Source of the DNA: an uncultured Acidobacteriota bacterium
GTDB taxonomy: Bacteria; Acidobacteriota; UBA6911; RPQK01; CBDAPI01
Assembly (NCBI GenBank): GCA_964565865.1
Contig: CAZMGM010000004.1
Coordinates: 1,050-65,049 of the forward strand
Length of the DNA stretch: 64,000 bases
Reading direction: 5' to 3'
Shown: positions 1 through 8,874 of the stretch, piece after piece
Position numbering within the stretch: the first letter of the stretch is position 1
How the letters are laid out: every line of letters begins with the position of its first letter
The notes under the pieces: model-generated
The model's database searches: none
What the model was told of the DNA's origin: nothing
What the model saw: the letters and a program-made list of their open reading frames with translations, nothing else
Position numbers and translations under genes: made by a program

Positions 1-253
1 TCTTGGGGATTTGCTGTTTCGATCCCGCGCTTAGGACCACATTTCCCTCCAGTCGTACCGTGCCGGTCTTGGTGGGCTGGAGGCCCACCAGGACTCGGGC
101 CAGAGTTGTTTTTCCGCTCCCGCTCTCGCCAACCACTCCCACGACTTCACCGGGCTTGACGGAGAGCGTGGCGTCTTGAACGGCATCGAACACTTCCGAC
201 ACGTGGCCGAACTGTACCGTAATACCCCTGCCCTCGAGAAGCGCCCCGCTCAT
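1..253 (-). CDS. ABC transporter ATP-binding protein (peptide/nickel DppF/OppF-like), N-terminal part only; the gene continues past the window start
   Basis: Reverse translation from ATG at 253 gives [55 protein letters not shown] with a Walker A motif; the ATG overlaps the upstream gene's stop (ATGA). Confidence 0.75.
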   Translation of the reverse strand, partial: MSGALLEGRGITVQFGHVSEVFDAVQDATLSVKPGEVVGVVGESGSGKTTLARVLVGLQPTKTGTVRLEGNVVLSAGSKQQIPK

Positions 254-1293
254 GGATCGTTCTCCATCCGATCTGCATGCAGACAGGCGGTCAATTGCCG
301 GCCGGCCGGCAGCAATGGTAGTTGATCCTCCTTCTGGCAAGCCTCATCGGCCAAGGGGCAGCGTGGCCAGAACCGACATCCTCGAGGCCAGGCGCCTACA
401 GAAACCGGATCGCCCGGCACTGTTTCCAGTTTTTTTCCCGCCGCTGTCAGATCAACCCGGGAAGCCAGCAGGGCTCGAGTGTACGGATGAAGTGGCTTCT
501 TGTTCACCGCATCAATGGGACCGACCTCAACGGAGGCACCGGCATACATCACCATGACACTGTCACACACTTCCTCAATCACAGCCAGATCGTGCGACAC
601 AAATAGGAGAGTCATGTTCAGGCGCTTCCGCAATGAGTTGATCAGGCTGAGGATCTCGCGTTGAATAGTCACATCCAGCGCCGTGGTGGGTTCATCCGCA
701 ATCAGGACCTTCGGCTCCTGCGCAATGGCGGTTGCGATCATGACGCGCTGGCGCATTCCTCCTGAGAGTTGATGAGCCCGCGCCTCGAGGACCCTTTCAG
801 GGCGGGGGATCCGTACCAGTTTCAGGAGCTGGAGTGCTTCTTCCTCGGCCTGCCCCGGGGCCGGTGTCCGGGCCGCCCGGATGGCTTCGAGCAACTGTGT
901 CTTTACGGTCAGGACGGGATTAAGACCGGCCAGAGAACTCTGGGGAACATAGCCGATGTGCCGGCCCCGGATGCCCCGCCAGACGGTCTCGCCGGCAGCG
1001 GCTAGGTCCTGGCCGTCAAACAGAATCTTCCCTGAGGAGACGACTGCTCCATGGCGCCACAAAGTTCCGATCAGAGCCCGGCACAGCATGGTCTTCCCGG
1101 ATCCCGATTCGCCAACGATGCCCAGTGACTGGTTTCTCCGAAGCTGAAAGTCGGCCGTGTCTACGATGTGCAGCATTCGACTTCGGGCCCGAGGCACACT
1201 GATACGAAGACCTTCCACTTCCAAAATGTTGGTCTGCTGGGAGACGGGTGGTTCCGCGTTCAATTCCGTCAGGCTCCCACTGGCTTCTACCAT
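250..1293 (-). CDS. ABC transporter ATP-binding protein (DppD/OppD-like)
   Basis: Walker [12 protein letters not shown] signature LSGGMRQRV, Walker [12 protein letters not shown], oligopeptide-type C-terminal domain; start chosen at internal ATG 1293 (GGGAG 10 nt upstream), 1 nt after the permease stop; the ORF-track start at 1344 lies inside the upstream gene. Confidence 0.8.
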   Translation of the reverse strand: MVEASGSLTELNAEPPVSQQTNILEVEGLRISVPRARSRMLHIVDTADFQLRRNQSLGIVGESGSGKTMLCRALIGTLWRHGAVVSSGKILFDGQDLAAAGETVWRGIRGRHIGYVPQSSLAGLNPVLTVKTQLLEAIRAARTPAPGQAEEEALQLLKLVRIPRPERVLEARAHQLSGGMRQRVMIATAIAQEPKVLIADEPTTALDVTIQREILSLINSLRKRLNMTLLFVSHDLAVIEEVCDSVMVMYAGASVEVGPIDAVNKKPLHPYTRALLASRVDLTAAGKKLETVPGDPVSVGAWPRGCRFWPRCPLADEACQKEDQLPLLPAGRQLTACLHADRMENDP

Positions 1294-1294
1294 C

Positions 1295-2125
1295 TCACTC
1301 TTCTCCCGCGTAACGACCCACCAGACCGTGGGCGAGCAGGGCAACCCCGATCGCAGTCAGGGATAGAGCAAGTCCGGGAAAGACCGCAATCCACCACTGT
1401 GTCTGCAAGTAGACGCGGCCGTCTGCCATCATGGCCCCCCATTCGGGCGTGGGGGGACGAACTCCGGCTCCCAGGAATGACAGTGCAGAGACCGTGAGTA
1501 CGACAATCACGAAATCGCTCAGTCCGTAGGCAATCGTTTCACTATAGACGTTGGGGAGGAGGTGCCTCACCAGGACCCGGAGTCTCGAGTATCCAAGAAC
1601 CCTGGTCACCTCAACAAAATCGGATTTTCTCAAGATGAGAGCTCGAGCTCGGGCAATCCTCGCGTAACGGGCCCAGTTGACCGCTGCCAGACCGATGAGA
1701 AGGCCTGTCACTCCCGGGCCCATGATGGCAACAATCGCGATCACCAGCACCACGAAGGGAAAGGCATTAATAGCGTCGATCAACATCAGCCATAGCCAGG
1801 CCACCAGAGTGCTCCGCGTCGTGCCTAGCACGGCACCAAGAAGGGTCCCGATGATCAAAGGCCCGGAAACCCCAAGGAGAGCCAGCATCAGATCCAACCG
1901 GCCCGAGGCAAAGGTCCGTGTGAACACGTCTCGTCCCAACTGGTCGGTTCCAAAGAAATGGGAGCGGCTGGGTTCAGCAAGCGCCTGGCCGGTCCCCACC
2001 ACGGGATCATAAGGGCTGAAGAAAGGGACGGCGATGCTCAAAAGGACGATCACCACGACAATTCCCAACCCGCAGATCGTGGAATGGTTCAACTCCCTCA
2101 GGAAAGCAAACTTCAAGGGCTTCAT
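1295..2125 (-). CDS. ABC transporter permease (DppC/OppC-like)
   Basis: Multi-TM protein of the binding-protein-dependent inner-membrane component family; 4-nt ATGA overlap with the upstream permease gene. Confidence 0.8.
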   Translation of the reverse strand: MKPLKFAFLRELNHSTICGLGIVVVIVLLSIAVPFFSPYDPVVGTGQALAEPSRSHFFGTDQLGRDVFTRTFASGRLDLMLALLGVSGPLIIGTLLGAVLGTTRSTLVAWLWLMLIDAINAFPFVVLVIAIVAIMGPGVTGLLIGLAAVNWARYARIARARALILRKSDFVEVTRVLGYSRLRVLVRHLLPNVYSETIAYGLSDFVIVVLTVSALSFLGAGVRPPTPEWGAMMADGRVYLQTQWWIAVFPGLALSLTAIGVALLAHGLVGRYAGEE

Positions 2126-3126
2126 GAGCTTCTGGTCCTGGGGTCGAGCCAGCCGCTGACCGTGTCGGAAAGGAAGCTGACGACCACGACGATGAGGGCA
2201 AAAATCAGGATAATGCCCTGGACCAGGGGATAATCGCGAAGGAGGACTCCTTCAACCACCAGGGCTGTCCCCATTCCCGGAAGATTGAAAACAATCTCGA
2301 CTACGACCGTGGCACTCAACAACTGTCCCAGGATATAGCCCAGAAGGCTGATGGTCGGGGCCAGAGAGGGCCGCAGAAGATAGCGCCACACCAGGACGGG
2401 TTTGGGGAGCCCTCTGACGATCGCTGTCTCCACAAACTCCTGTTCCATAGTCTCAACAATCGAGCTCTGGAGGACCCTGGCGAGAATGGGAACCAGCGCC
2501 CCGCTCATGGTGAACGCAGGTAGCCACAGATAATAAAGGTTGCCCGGGAACCCTGGCTGATAACCGGCCACGGGAGCCAGACCCAGGCGCACCGCAAAGA
2601 GAAGAATAAAAAGCAGGCCCATATAGAAGCTGGGAGTGGCCAGAGAAATAGAGGTTGCAACCCGGAAAGCATGGTCAAACCAGGTTCCGCGGAGGATTGC
2701 TGCCGCGACCCCCAGCGGAATAGCCATCAGCAATGCCATGACCACCGTCACGGCAATCAGCCAGGTGGTCAGCGGCAGCGTTCGGGCGACCACGGCATTG
2801 ACACTTTGCCTGGTCAGGATAGAGGTGCCCAGATCTCCTCGTACCACCGCGCCCACATAGTCCAGGAACTGTCTGGGAAGAGTGCCCTCCAGGCCCAGGA
2901 TCTTCCGGTACTCGGCAACGAGTTCCTCAGTAGCAGCCTCGCCCAGCAGGATTTCCACCGGGTCGCCGGGAATGAGGTGGATGAGCGTGAAAGTCACAAT
3001 CAACACGCCCAGGGCGGCCAGCGCCGCCCTGGCCAGGTTGCGAAAAGACCTGATTGTGATGAACCGAAACTCAGCAGTCCTCGGTGCGGGCTGGGTTGCC
3101 TCAGGCGATGAGGCTGCCCTATTCAC
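2122..3126 (-). CDS. ABC transporter permease (DppB/OppB-like)
   Basis: Permease N-terminus FRFITIRSFRNLARAALAALGVLIV...PGDPV; there is no in-frame ATG near the N-terminus, so the start is placed at GTG 3126, 5 nt upstream of the SBP stop (coupling); exact start uncertain. Confidence 0.7.
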   Translation of the reverse strand: MNRAASSPEATQPAPRTAEFRFITIRSFRNLARAALAALGVLIVTFTLIHLIPGDPVEILLGEAATEELVAEYRKILGLEGTLPRQFLDYVGAVVRGDLGTSILTRQSVNAVVARTLPLTTWLIAVTVVMALLMAIPLGVAAAILRGTWFDHAFRVATSISLATPSFYMGLLFILLFAVRLGLAPVAGYQPGFPGNLYYLWLPAFTMSGALVPILARVLQSSIVETMEQEFVETAIVRGLPKPVLVWRYLLRPSLAPTISLLGYILGQLLSATVVVEIVFNLPGMGTALVVEGVLLRDYPLVQGIILIFALIVVVVSFLSDTVSGWLDPRTRSS

Positions 3127-4702
3127 GAGAGGGTGATCCGTTCTCACGCCTTTGCAACTCGGCCATGGTCGCCACCATGGGGTTCGTACCCGGAGGATAA
3201 TTGGCTTCGAAGAGAATATCCCGGTCAATCCGGTTCCCCACTAGCACGACGCGTTCCGACACCGGGATGAGCGGCATATCCTGTAGGGCCAGATCCTGGG
3301 CCGAGTGGATCAATTCAAGTCTCCGATCGAAAGACATGGCCGTTGCAGCCGCGTTCACCAGACGGGTCACCTCTGGATTATTGTAACGAAGAACACCGGC
3401 CCAGAAGGTGCCCGGCACAAACTGGTTTTTGAAGAAATTCATAGGACCCGACGCGTTGCCAGAGAACTGCATCTCATAGCGCCCGGCCCGCAGATTCGCT
3501 ACGGCCACGGCGTCCTCTAGGGGACTGACCTGAGCCTCAATTCCAAGTTCAGCCAGGTTGGCGGCGATGACCAGAACCGCGTCTGTCCAGCCGGCACGTT
3601 GCCCCCAGGTCTGCAGGCTCGTGCTGAAGCCACCGGCAAAAGGCGTCTGAGCCAGCAGCTCCCGCGCAGCTGGCAGGTTCCTTTTCCCTTCAAAAGGCAG
3701 GTTTTCCAGGGATTCCCGAGGGCCCGGGTACTGGAGTCCCCGGGCCGGGGTCGAAATTCCCCCGAAAGCCTTCTGGTTGATCTCCTCCCGGTCGATGGCC
3801 AGCGAGATGGCTTGGCGAACCTTCGAATGCCTCAAGGGGTGATCGGAAGGCAAACCGTTGTTGATGGCGATCATGTACTGGCCATTTTGGGGTGCCTGGT
3901 AGGTTTCCACCTCCGGGGGCAGGGAAGGGCGTGCCGTCACCGGCAGTTCATAAACGTAGTCAATGGCCCCCGACGCCAGTTGCAGCACCCTTGAAGTTGG
4001 ATCGGGCACCGCCACCAACTCGATTTGCTCAATGGCCATCGGTCCGCGTACATAGTGAGGATTGGACTCGATGACCCAGCGCGATGATCCGGGGATCCAT
4101 TCCTTAACCCTGTAAGGACCGGAGCTAACCGGATGGCGAAAGTAATCCGGATCCGCTTCGATCTTCGACTTGGAATGGATGGACATCGCCATGTGAGCGA
4201 GTGCCAGTTGAAGATCCAGATAGGGCTCCTTCAGTTTAAAGACAACGGTAATCGGGCCAGGGGCCTCGACCCTTTCAATGGGTGTGAGCAGGGTGGGAAA
4301 AAAGGGACCTGGAGTGTCACGATTCCGGGTATAGGCGAAAACGACGTCCTGGCCTGTCAGAGGCGTCCCGTCTGAATAGACTAGTCCCTCTCTCAGGTTC
4401 ACCGTGACAGTCAAACCGTCGTCGGAAACCTGCATCGACTTGGCCAGCTCGGGCTCCACCGACCAGTCGTGATTGAGCCGAAAGAGCCGACCGCTGGTCA
4501 GATAGACTGAGATGATGTCGGGCTGGGCCGTGGGGCCGATAGGGTCCAGGCTGCTCAGTTTGGAGCTGAGGCTGATGGTAACTGAGGAAATGGGAAGCTT
4601 ACGGTCCGTCCCGGTCCCGCTGGGCGGTCCTTCGCCCGGCGGTGCGCACCCTAGAGAGAGAGCCATGAAAAGCAGCCAGGCGGAGACCGCTAACCTTCGC
4701 AT
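3119..4702 (-). CDS. ABC transporter substrate-binding protein, family 5 (peptide/nickel), lipoprotein
   Basis: SBP_bac_5-like sequence; start at ATG 4702 gives MRRLAVSAWLLFMALSLGC (signal peptide + lipobox); the 56 aa before it in the ORF track look spurious. Confidence 0.85.
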   Translation of the reverse strand: MRRLAVSAWLLFMALSLGCAPPGEGPPSGTGTDRKLPISSVTISLSSKLSSLDPIGPTAQPDIISVYLTSGRLFRLNHDWSVEPELAKSMQVSDDGLTVTVNLREGLVYSDGTPLTGQDVVFAYTRNRDTPGPFFPTLLTPIERVEAPGPITVVFKLKEPYLDLQLALAHMAMSIHSKSKIEADPDYFRHPVSSGPYRVKEWIPGSSRWVIESNPHYVRGPMAIEQIELVAVPDPTSRVLQLASGAIDYVYELPVTARPSLPPEVETYQAPQNGQYMIAINNGLPSDHPLRHSKVRQAISLAIDREEINQKAFGGISTPARGLQYPGPRESLENLPFEGKRNLPAARELLAQTPFAGGFSTSLQTWGQRAGWTDAVLVIAANLAELGIEAQVSPLEDAVAVANLRAGRYEMQFSGNASGPMNFFKNQFVPGTFWAGVLRYNNPEVTRLVNAAATAMSFDRRLELIHSAQDLALQDMPLIPVSERVVLVGNRIDRDILFEANYPPGTNPMVATMAELQRRENGSPSRE

Positions 4703-4760
4703 AGGAGCTGATTTTAGTTTAGATCCGGACGAGTTTAAACCTATTGAGGGGTCTTGCTTA

Positions 4761-6245
4761 TTATTCTCGAGATTCTCTGGATCGAATCTCCTTGGCGCGC
4801 TGCTCCATTTGTTCGCCTTCCTCGCTCCGACCCGTCTCCCGAAGCAGCCTGGAATAATCTTCCAGCACATCGGCTACATCGAAATCCTGGGGACCTAGGG
4901 TTTTCTCCGAGATGGAGAGCGCGCGTTGATACAAGGGCTCCGCCTGAGCGTACTTTCCTTGTCTGGCGTAGATTTGTCCCAAAAGTTTGTTGAGGCCAAG
5001 TGCGGCACCAGGGTGGTCGGGCTTCGGGTTCTTCTCATAGATGCCCAGCATGCGCTCGAGAAAAGGCTCTGCCTGGGCGTACTTTCCCTGTTCAAGGTAA
5101 AGAGCTGCCAGGTTATTTAGGCCATCAGCGGTGTCGGGGTGGTCGGGACCGAGGGCTTTTTCTGAGATGGCCAGAGCGCGCGTGCATAAGGCCTCCGCGT
5201 CAGCGTACTTTCCCTGATCGCGATAGAGTCCCGCCAGGTTGTTGAGGCTGGCGGCAGTACTGGGGTGCTCAGGGCCCTGGACCTTCTCAGTAATGGCCAA
5301 AGCTCGTTGGTACAGGGGCTCAGCCTCAGGATATTTTCCCTGGTCATGGTACAGCAAAGCCAGACTGTTGAGACTCACTCCCGTATCAGGATGCTCGGCG
5401 CCCAGGGTTTTCTCAAAGATAGCCAGGGCCCGCTCGAGAAGAGGCTCAGCCTCAGGGTACTTTCCCTGCCCGAGATAGACCCCTGCGATGTTGGCAAGGC
5501 CGAGAGCAGTCGCGAAGTGGTCGGGGCCCCGCGTTTTCTCCATAATCGATAGAGATCGCTGGTACAAGGCTTCCGCGTCAGCGTACTTTCCCTGATCACG
5601 ATAAAGTGCTGCCAGGTTGTTGAGGCTGACGATTGTACTGGGGTGGTCCAGACCAAGGGTTCCTTCATAGATGGCTACTGAGCGGCGGAACAACGGTTCC
5701 GCTTCCAAGTACCTTTTCTGCTTAGCGTAGAGCCTACCCAGCCTGTTAAGACTGTTCCGAACGACGTATTCTCCGTTCTGCACTCCTTCTGCCAGCTCGA
5801 GGGCCGTACGCCAGGAGGCCTCGGCCTCCTGGTAACGACCTTGCTGGTATTCTCGCGCTCCCACGGCATCGTGTTTCTCCCAGAGCTCCCGTTGCCCGGG
5901 GTCATTGGTGAGTAGTTGCAGGATTTCGTTCTGACCTCTCGCACTTGCCAGATCCTGTGCGGTTTCTCCATCGTTGCCTCTCGCCTCGACATCAGCACCC
6001 GCATCCAGCAACGCGGCCACCGTCTTGTAGTGGCCTTCCAGAGCAGCCAGCAGCAACGCCGTACGGCCGTCATTATCTCTGGCGTTGATATCGGCACCTG
6101 CCTCGAGGAGCGTCTTGACTAGGGCATCCTGCCCGCCCCGGGCCATTTTCAAGAGATCTTGATTGAGGTAATCCTGCGACCAGAGAAGATTCGAATAGCA
6201 CAGCGCAACCATCAAGGAGATGCTTCGAAGGCGCATAGAACTCAC
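4761..6245 (-). CDS. secreted ankyrin-repeat + tetratricopeptide-repeat (TPR_12-like) protein
   Basis: N-terminal signal peptide, two ankyrin units (GADINARDNDGRTALLLAA / GADVEARGNDGETA), then at least 8 tandem 42-aa TPR units (LNNLAxLYxDQGKYAxAEPLYQRAL). Confidence 0.8.
   Translation of the reverse strand: MSSMRLRSISLMVALCYSNLLWSQDYLNQDLLKMARGGQDALVKTLLEAGADINARDNDGRTALLLAALEGHYKTVAALLDAGADVEARGNDGETAQDLASARGQNEILQLLTNDPGQRELWEKHDAVGAREYQQGRYQEAEASWRTALELAEGVQNGEYVVRNSLNRLGRLYAKQKRYLEAEPLFRRSVAIYEGTLGLDHPSTIVSLNNLAALYRDQGKYADAEALYQRSLSIMEKTRGPDHFATALGLANIAGVYLGQGKYPEAEPLLERALAIFEKTLGAEHPDTGVSLNSLALLYHDQGKYPEAEPLYQRALAITEKVQGPEHPSTAASLNNLAGLYRDQGKYADAEALCTRALAISEKALGPDHPDTADGLNNLAALYLEQGKYAQAEPFLERMLGIYEKNPKPDHPGAALGLNKLLGQIYARQGKYAQAEPLYQRALSISEKTLGPQDFDVADVLEDYSRLLRETGRSEEGEQMEQRAKEIRSRESRE
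4900..5720. repeat. intragenic tandem DNA repeats with 126-bp periodicity, encoding the TPR units
   Basis: For example 5191-5270 and 5569-5650 are about 90% identical over about 80 bp (ggcYtccgcgtcagcgtactttccctgatc...ccaggttgttgaggctg). Confidence 0.8.
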
Positions 6246-8521
6246 GGCGAGTGCTTTGACAGAGTCAGTTTCTTGAGCTGGAGTGACGTGTACCTCGCCT
6301 CGCCCTCAACGATTTGAATGAACCGGTCAAGGGGCACATCCCGGAAGGTCTGGGTGAGCCCGGTAGTTGGCCAGAGAATCTCGAGGCTCTCGATTCTGGA
6401 GGCTTTTCCAAGGCCAATGGTCTGCCGCAGCGGGTTGGCGCCGAAAGTCCCGCCGCTGTTGACATGTTTGTAGATGGAGCGTGGTAGGTCGTTTTCGATG
6501 ATCTGGACCTGAATCCGCGCGCCGATGGCTGATCGATTTGAGCGCACACCCACGAGTTGAATTGTAATCCAATGGTTGTCGAATCCAGGATTTTCATACA
6601 GGACGTTGCTGTATCCGTCACCTGCGTACGCACCTCCCATCTGCTCGAAAACATCCTGGTCTCCATCGTTGTCCAGATCCGCAAAGACAACGCCGTGGCC
6701 TTTTTGAAGGTGGCTGAATCCACCCGCCATACTTACGTCCGCGAAGCGTTTACCACGCTGATTGCGATACATGGCGTTGGGCATGATACTCCTGTAATCC
6801 GGGTAACCGGTACCGAGATAGAAGTCGAGGTAGCCGTCGTTGTCCAGGTCGCCGAAATTAGAGCCCATGGGTGCCGTAGGATGGATCAGGTTATACTGGC
6901 TTGCGACTTCCTCGAAATTACCGTTCCCATCCCCCCGATATAGGCTTGCCAATTCGATGTCTAGAGAGATGCCGAGCAAGCTTGACGTCAGGTGTTCGAT
7001 GCGGGCGGAATAGGCTGACACGTACAGATCCAGAATGCCATCGTTGTTGAAGTCCCAGAACCAAGCCGGGAAACTGACCTCCGGGCGGTCCACCTTAAGT
7101 TTGCCGGCCATCTCTGTAAAAGTCCCGTCACGGTTGTTGTGGTAGAGGCGATTGGCGTCCCTGTAATTGGACACGTATAAATCAGGCCAGCGATCCCCAT
7201 CGTAATCACCCCAGATTACTGACTTTGTGTAACGGTGGTTTTCCACACCCGCTTTCCCGGCCCGATCTGTAAAGGTCCCATCGCCGTTGTTGTGGAAGAG
7301 TTGACAGGGAGCGGATAGCTTCTCCGACAATTCGTTTCCAACGTACAAATCGAGGTCGCCGTCATTGTCGTAGTCGCCCCAGGACGCCGTTGGACTCGGG
7401 TAGTGGACCGCCCCCAAACCCGCAGCGAAAGTCACATCCGTAAATACGCCGTCACCATTGTTGCGCAGCAAAGAGTTCGGATGTTGCCCTTGTTTCTCGA
7501 TCCAGGCACCCCGCAGTACCAGGATGTCGACGTTCCCATCGTTGTTGTAGTCGGCCTGCACCAGGTTCAGCCCACCATATAAACCCCGTAATCCAGCTTC
7601 CTTTGTCCGTTCCATGAAGGTGCCGTCCCGGTTATTCTTGAAGTAGCGGATCTGCCCGACGGTGTTCCATGTCGACACCACAATGTCGAGATATCCGTCA
7701 TTGTCAAAATCGTCGGCGATGGCACCTCCGGACAAATCGAATGTGTCCAGACCCAGTTCTGGAGCGATGTTTTGGAAACGGGGTATTTGTTCCTCGGATT
7801 CAAAGAACTGTGGGGAGAGAAGATACGGCTTCTGCACTTTCTCCGGATAGCTTCCGACCGTCATATGTGCAATGTTGAGCAGCCATCGAGCAGCCAGGTG
7901 AAACGGTTCGCTTGCCGGCGTCGCCTGCAAGGTTTTGGTGAAACTCCAGATCGCTCCGCGAGATGGGTCTCGCTCGGTGTGAATAGCTCCTTCCCGGAGG
8001 GGCAAAATGCAGCTTTCGGGCGAGCCACGCACACAGCAGTTGCGGGTTTCGCCCTGCCGCATGTAGGCAACGCCCAGCCAGAAAGTGCTCTCCGCGACTA
8101 ACTCCGGCGGAGCCTCATCGCGGTTCGCCCGGATCAGCAGAAGCGCTTTTCTGAGATGAGTGATGGCCTCTGCTTCATGGCCGAGGCGCAGCTCCTCCTG
8201 TCCTAATTGCATACGAAGCTGCCACTTCATCCAGTCCGATGCATCGGGAGGCAGTCCGGTGAGCTGTCTGCGCAGTTCACGAGGCGTGGACTCACCCAGA
8301 TAGATGTTGTTGTTCGGGGTTGCGTCGGCAATCTGCTGGAGCAGTCTCAGCATTCTCTGATGACCCGGTGGCTGAAAGGGAGGGCCTTTCTCAGCATGCA
8401 CGAAGAGCATACTGCTGGGAACAGGCGCTGCTGAATTAGCGTTGCCAGCGGCAGCAACTCCCGCAATCGTGCTCACCGCCGATAGCGCAAGGAGAATCGT
8501 ACCCCAAACTGATCCTCTCAT
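6242..8521 (-). CDS. CRTAC1-family protein (FG-GAP/VCBS repeats + ASPIC/UnbV domain), secreted
   Basis: Signal peptide; repeated DNDGxxDxxV motifs (DNDGYLDIVVS, NNDGNVDILV, DNDGDLDLYV, NNDGILDLYV, DNDGYLDFYLG, DNDGDQDVF); C-terminal NHWITIQLVGVRSNRSAIGARIQV (UnbV_ASPIC); ATGA overlap with the downstream TPR gene. Confidence 0.8.
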   Translation of the reverse strand: MRGSVWGTILLALSAVSTIAGVAAAGNANSAAPVPSSMLFVHAEKGPPFQPPGHQRMLRLLQQIADATPNNNIYLGESTPRELRRQLTGLPPDASDWMKWQLRMQLGQEELRLGHEAEAITHLRKALLLIRANRDEAPPELVAESTFWLGVAYMRQGETRNCCVRGSPESCILPLREGAIHTERDPSRGAIWSFTKTLQATPASEPFHLAARWLLNIAHMTVGSYPEKVQKPYLLSPQFFESEEQIPRFQNIAPELGLDTFDLSGGAIADDFDNDGYLDIVVSTWNTVGQIRYFKNNRDGTFMERTKEAGLRGLYGGLNLVQADYNNDGNVDILVLRGAWIEKQGQHPNSLLRNNGDGVFTDVTFAAGLGAVHYPSPTASWGDYDNDGDLDLYVGNELSEKLSAPCQLFHNNGDGTFTDRAGKAGVENHRYTKSVIWGDYDGDRWPDLYVSNYRDANRLYHNNRDGTFTEMAGKLKVDRPEVSFPAWFWDFNNDGILDLYVSAYSARIEHLTSSLLGISLDIELASLYRGDGNGNFEEVASQYNLIHPTAPMGSNFGDLDNDGYLDFYLGTGYPDYRSIMPNAMYRNQRGKRFADVSMAGGFSHLQKGHGVVFADLDNDGDQDVFEQMGGAYAGDGYSNVLYENPGFDNHWITIQLVGVRSNRSAIGARIQVQIIENDLPRSIYKHVNSGGTFGANPLRQTIGLGKASRIESLEILWPTTGLTQTFRDVPLDRFIQIVEGEARYTSLQLKKLTLSKHSP

Positions 8522-8822
8522 CGCAGCCTCCGCTTCAACTGAATCAGGGTGGAATAGTCCTTGATCAATAACCCTTCAAACACAGTGTGCTGATCGTCAC
8601 TTCGAAAAATCAATTCTTGCTCGGTCCCATTGAGGGCGTCGGCAACCCAGGCGCTTTCCACATCAGGCATGGGCAGGGTGACATCACTCTTCGACTCGAC
8701 TAGGCCGTCTGTGATACCACCCGGGAGGGGATTCAAACAACTCTAGCGACAGCCACTGGCTGGCTGAGACACGGTCCATCCTGAGATAAGGTATCAGAAT
8801 GGCAGAGTGTAAGCTCACCGTT

Positions 8823-8858
8823 AACGGCCGGCTTACGTCCCGCCGTTCTGTTTTTTTT
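8823..8858 (+). terminator. Rho-independent-terminator-like hairpin + T8 on the plus strand, with no upstream plus-strand gene
   Basis: aacggccgg...cgtcccgccgtt stem followed by ctgTTTTTTTTg; on the minus strand the U-run would come before the hairpin, so it is not a canonical terminator for the adjacent minus-strand gene. Confidence 0.35.
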
Positions 8859-8874
8859 GAGCCAAACAAGTACC

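Noticed and set aside
2671-3111. numerous 60-175-aa plus-strand ORFs nested inside minus-strand genes (e.g. 2671-3111, 6557-6943, 18632-19159, 25427-26008)
   Set aside because: They are antisense to genes with strong homology and are typical spurious frames of GC-rich sequence.
4900-5720. periodic direct repeats that could be mistaken for a CRISPR array
   Set aside because: The periodicity is 126 bp, in frame, inside a TPR-coding gene. There are no spacer-like unique segments and no cas genes nearby.
8715-8735. GGGGATTCAAAC, resembling a tRNA T-arm on the minus strand
   Set aside because: The conserved C56 would be a T, and no acceptor stem or anticodon arm could be built around it. I found no tRNA in the window.
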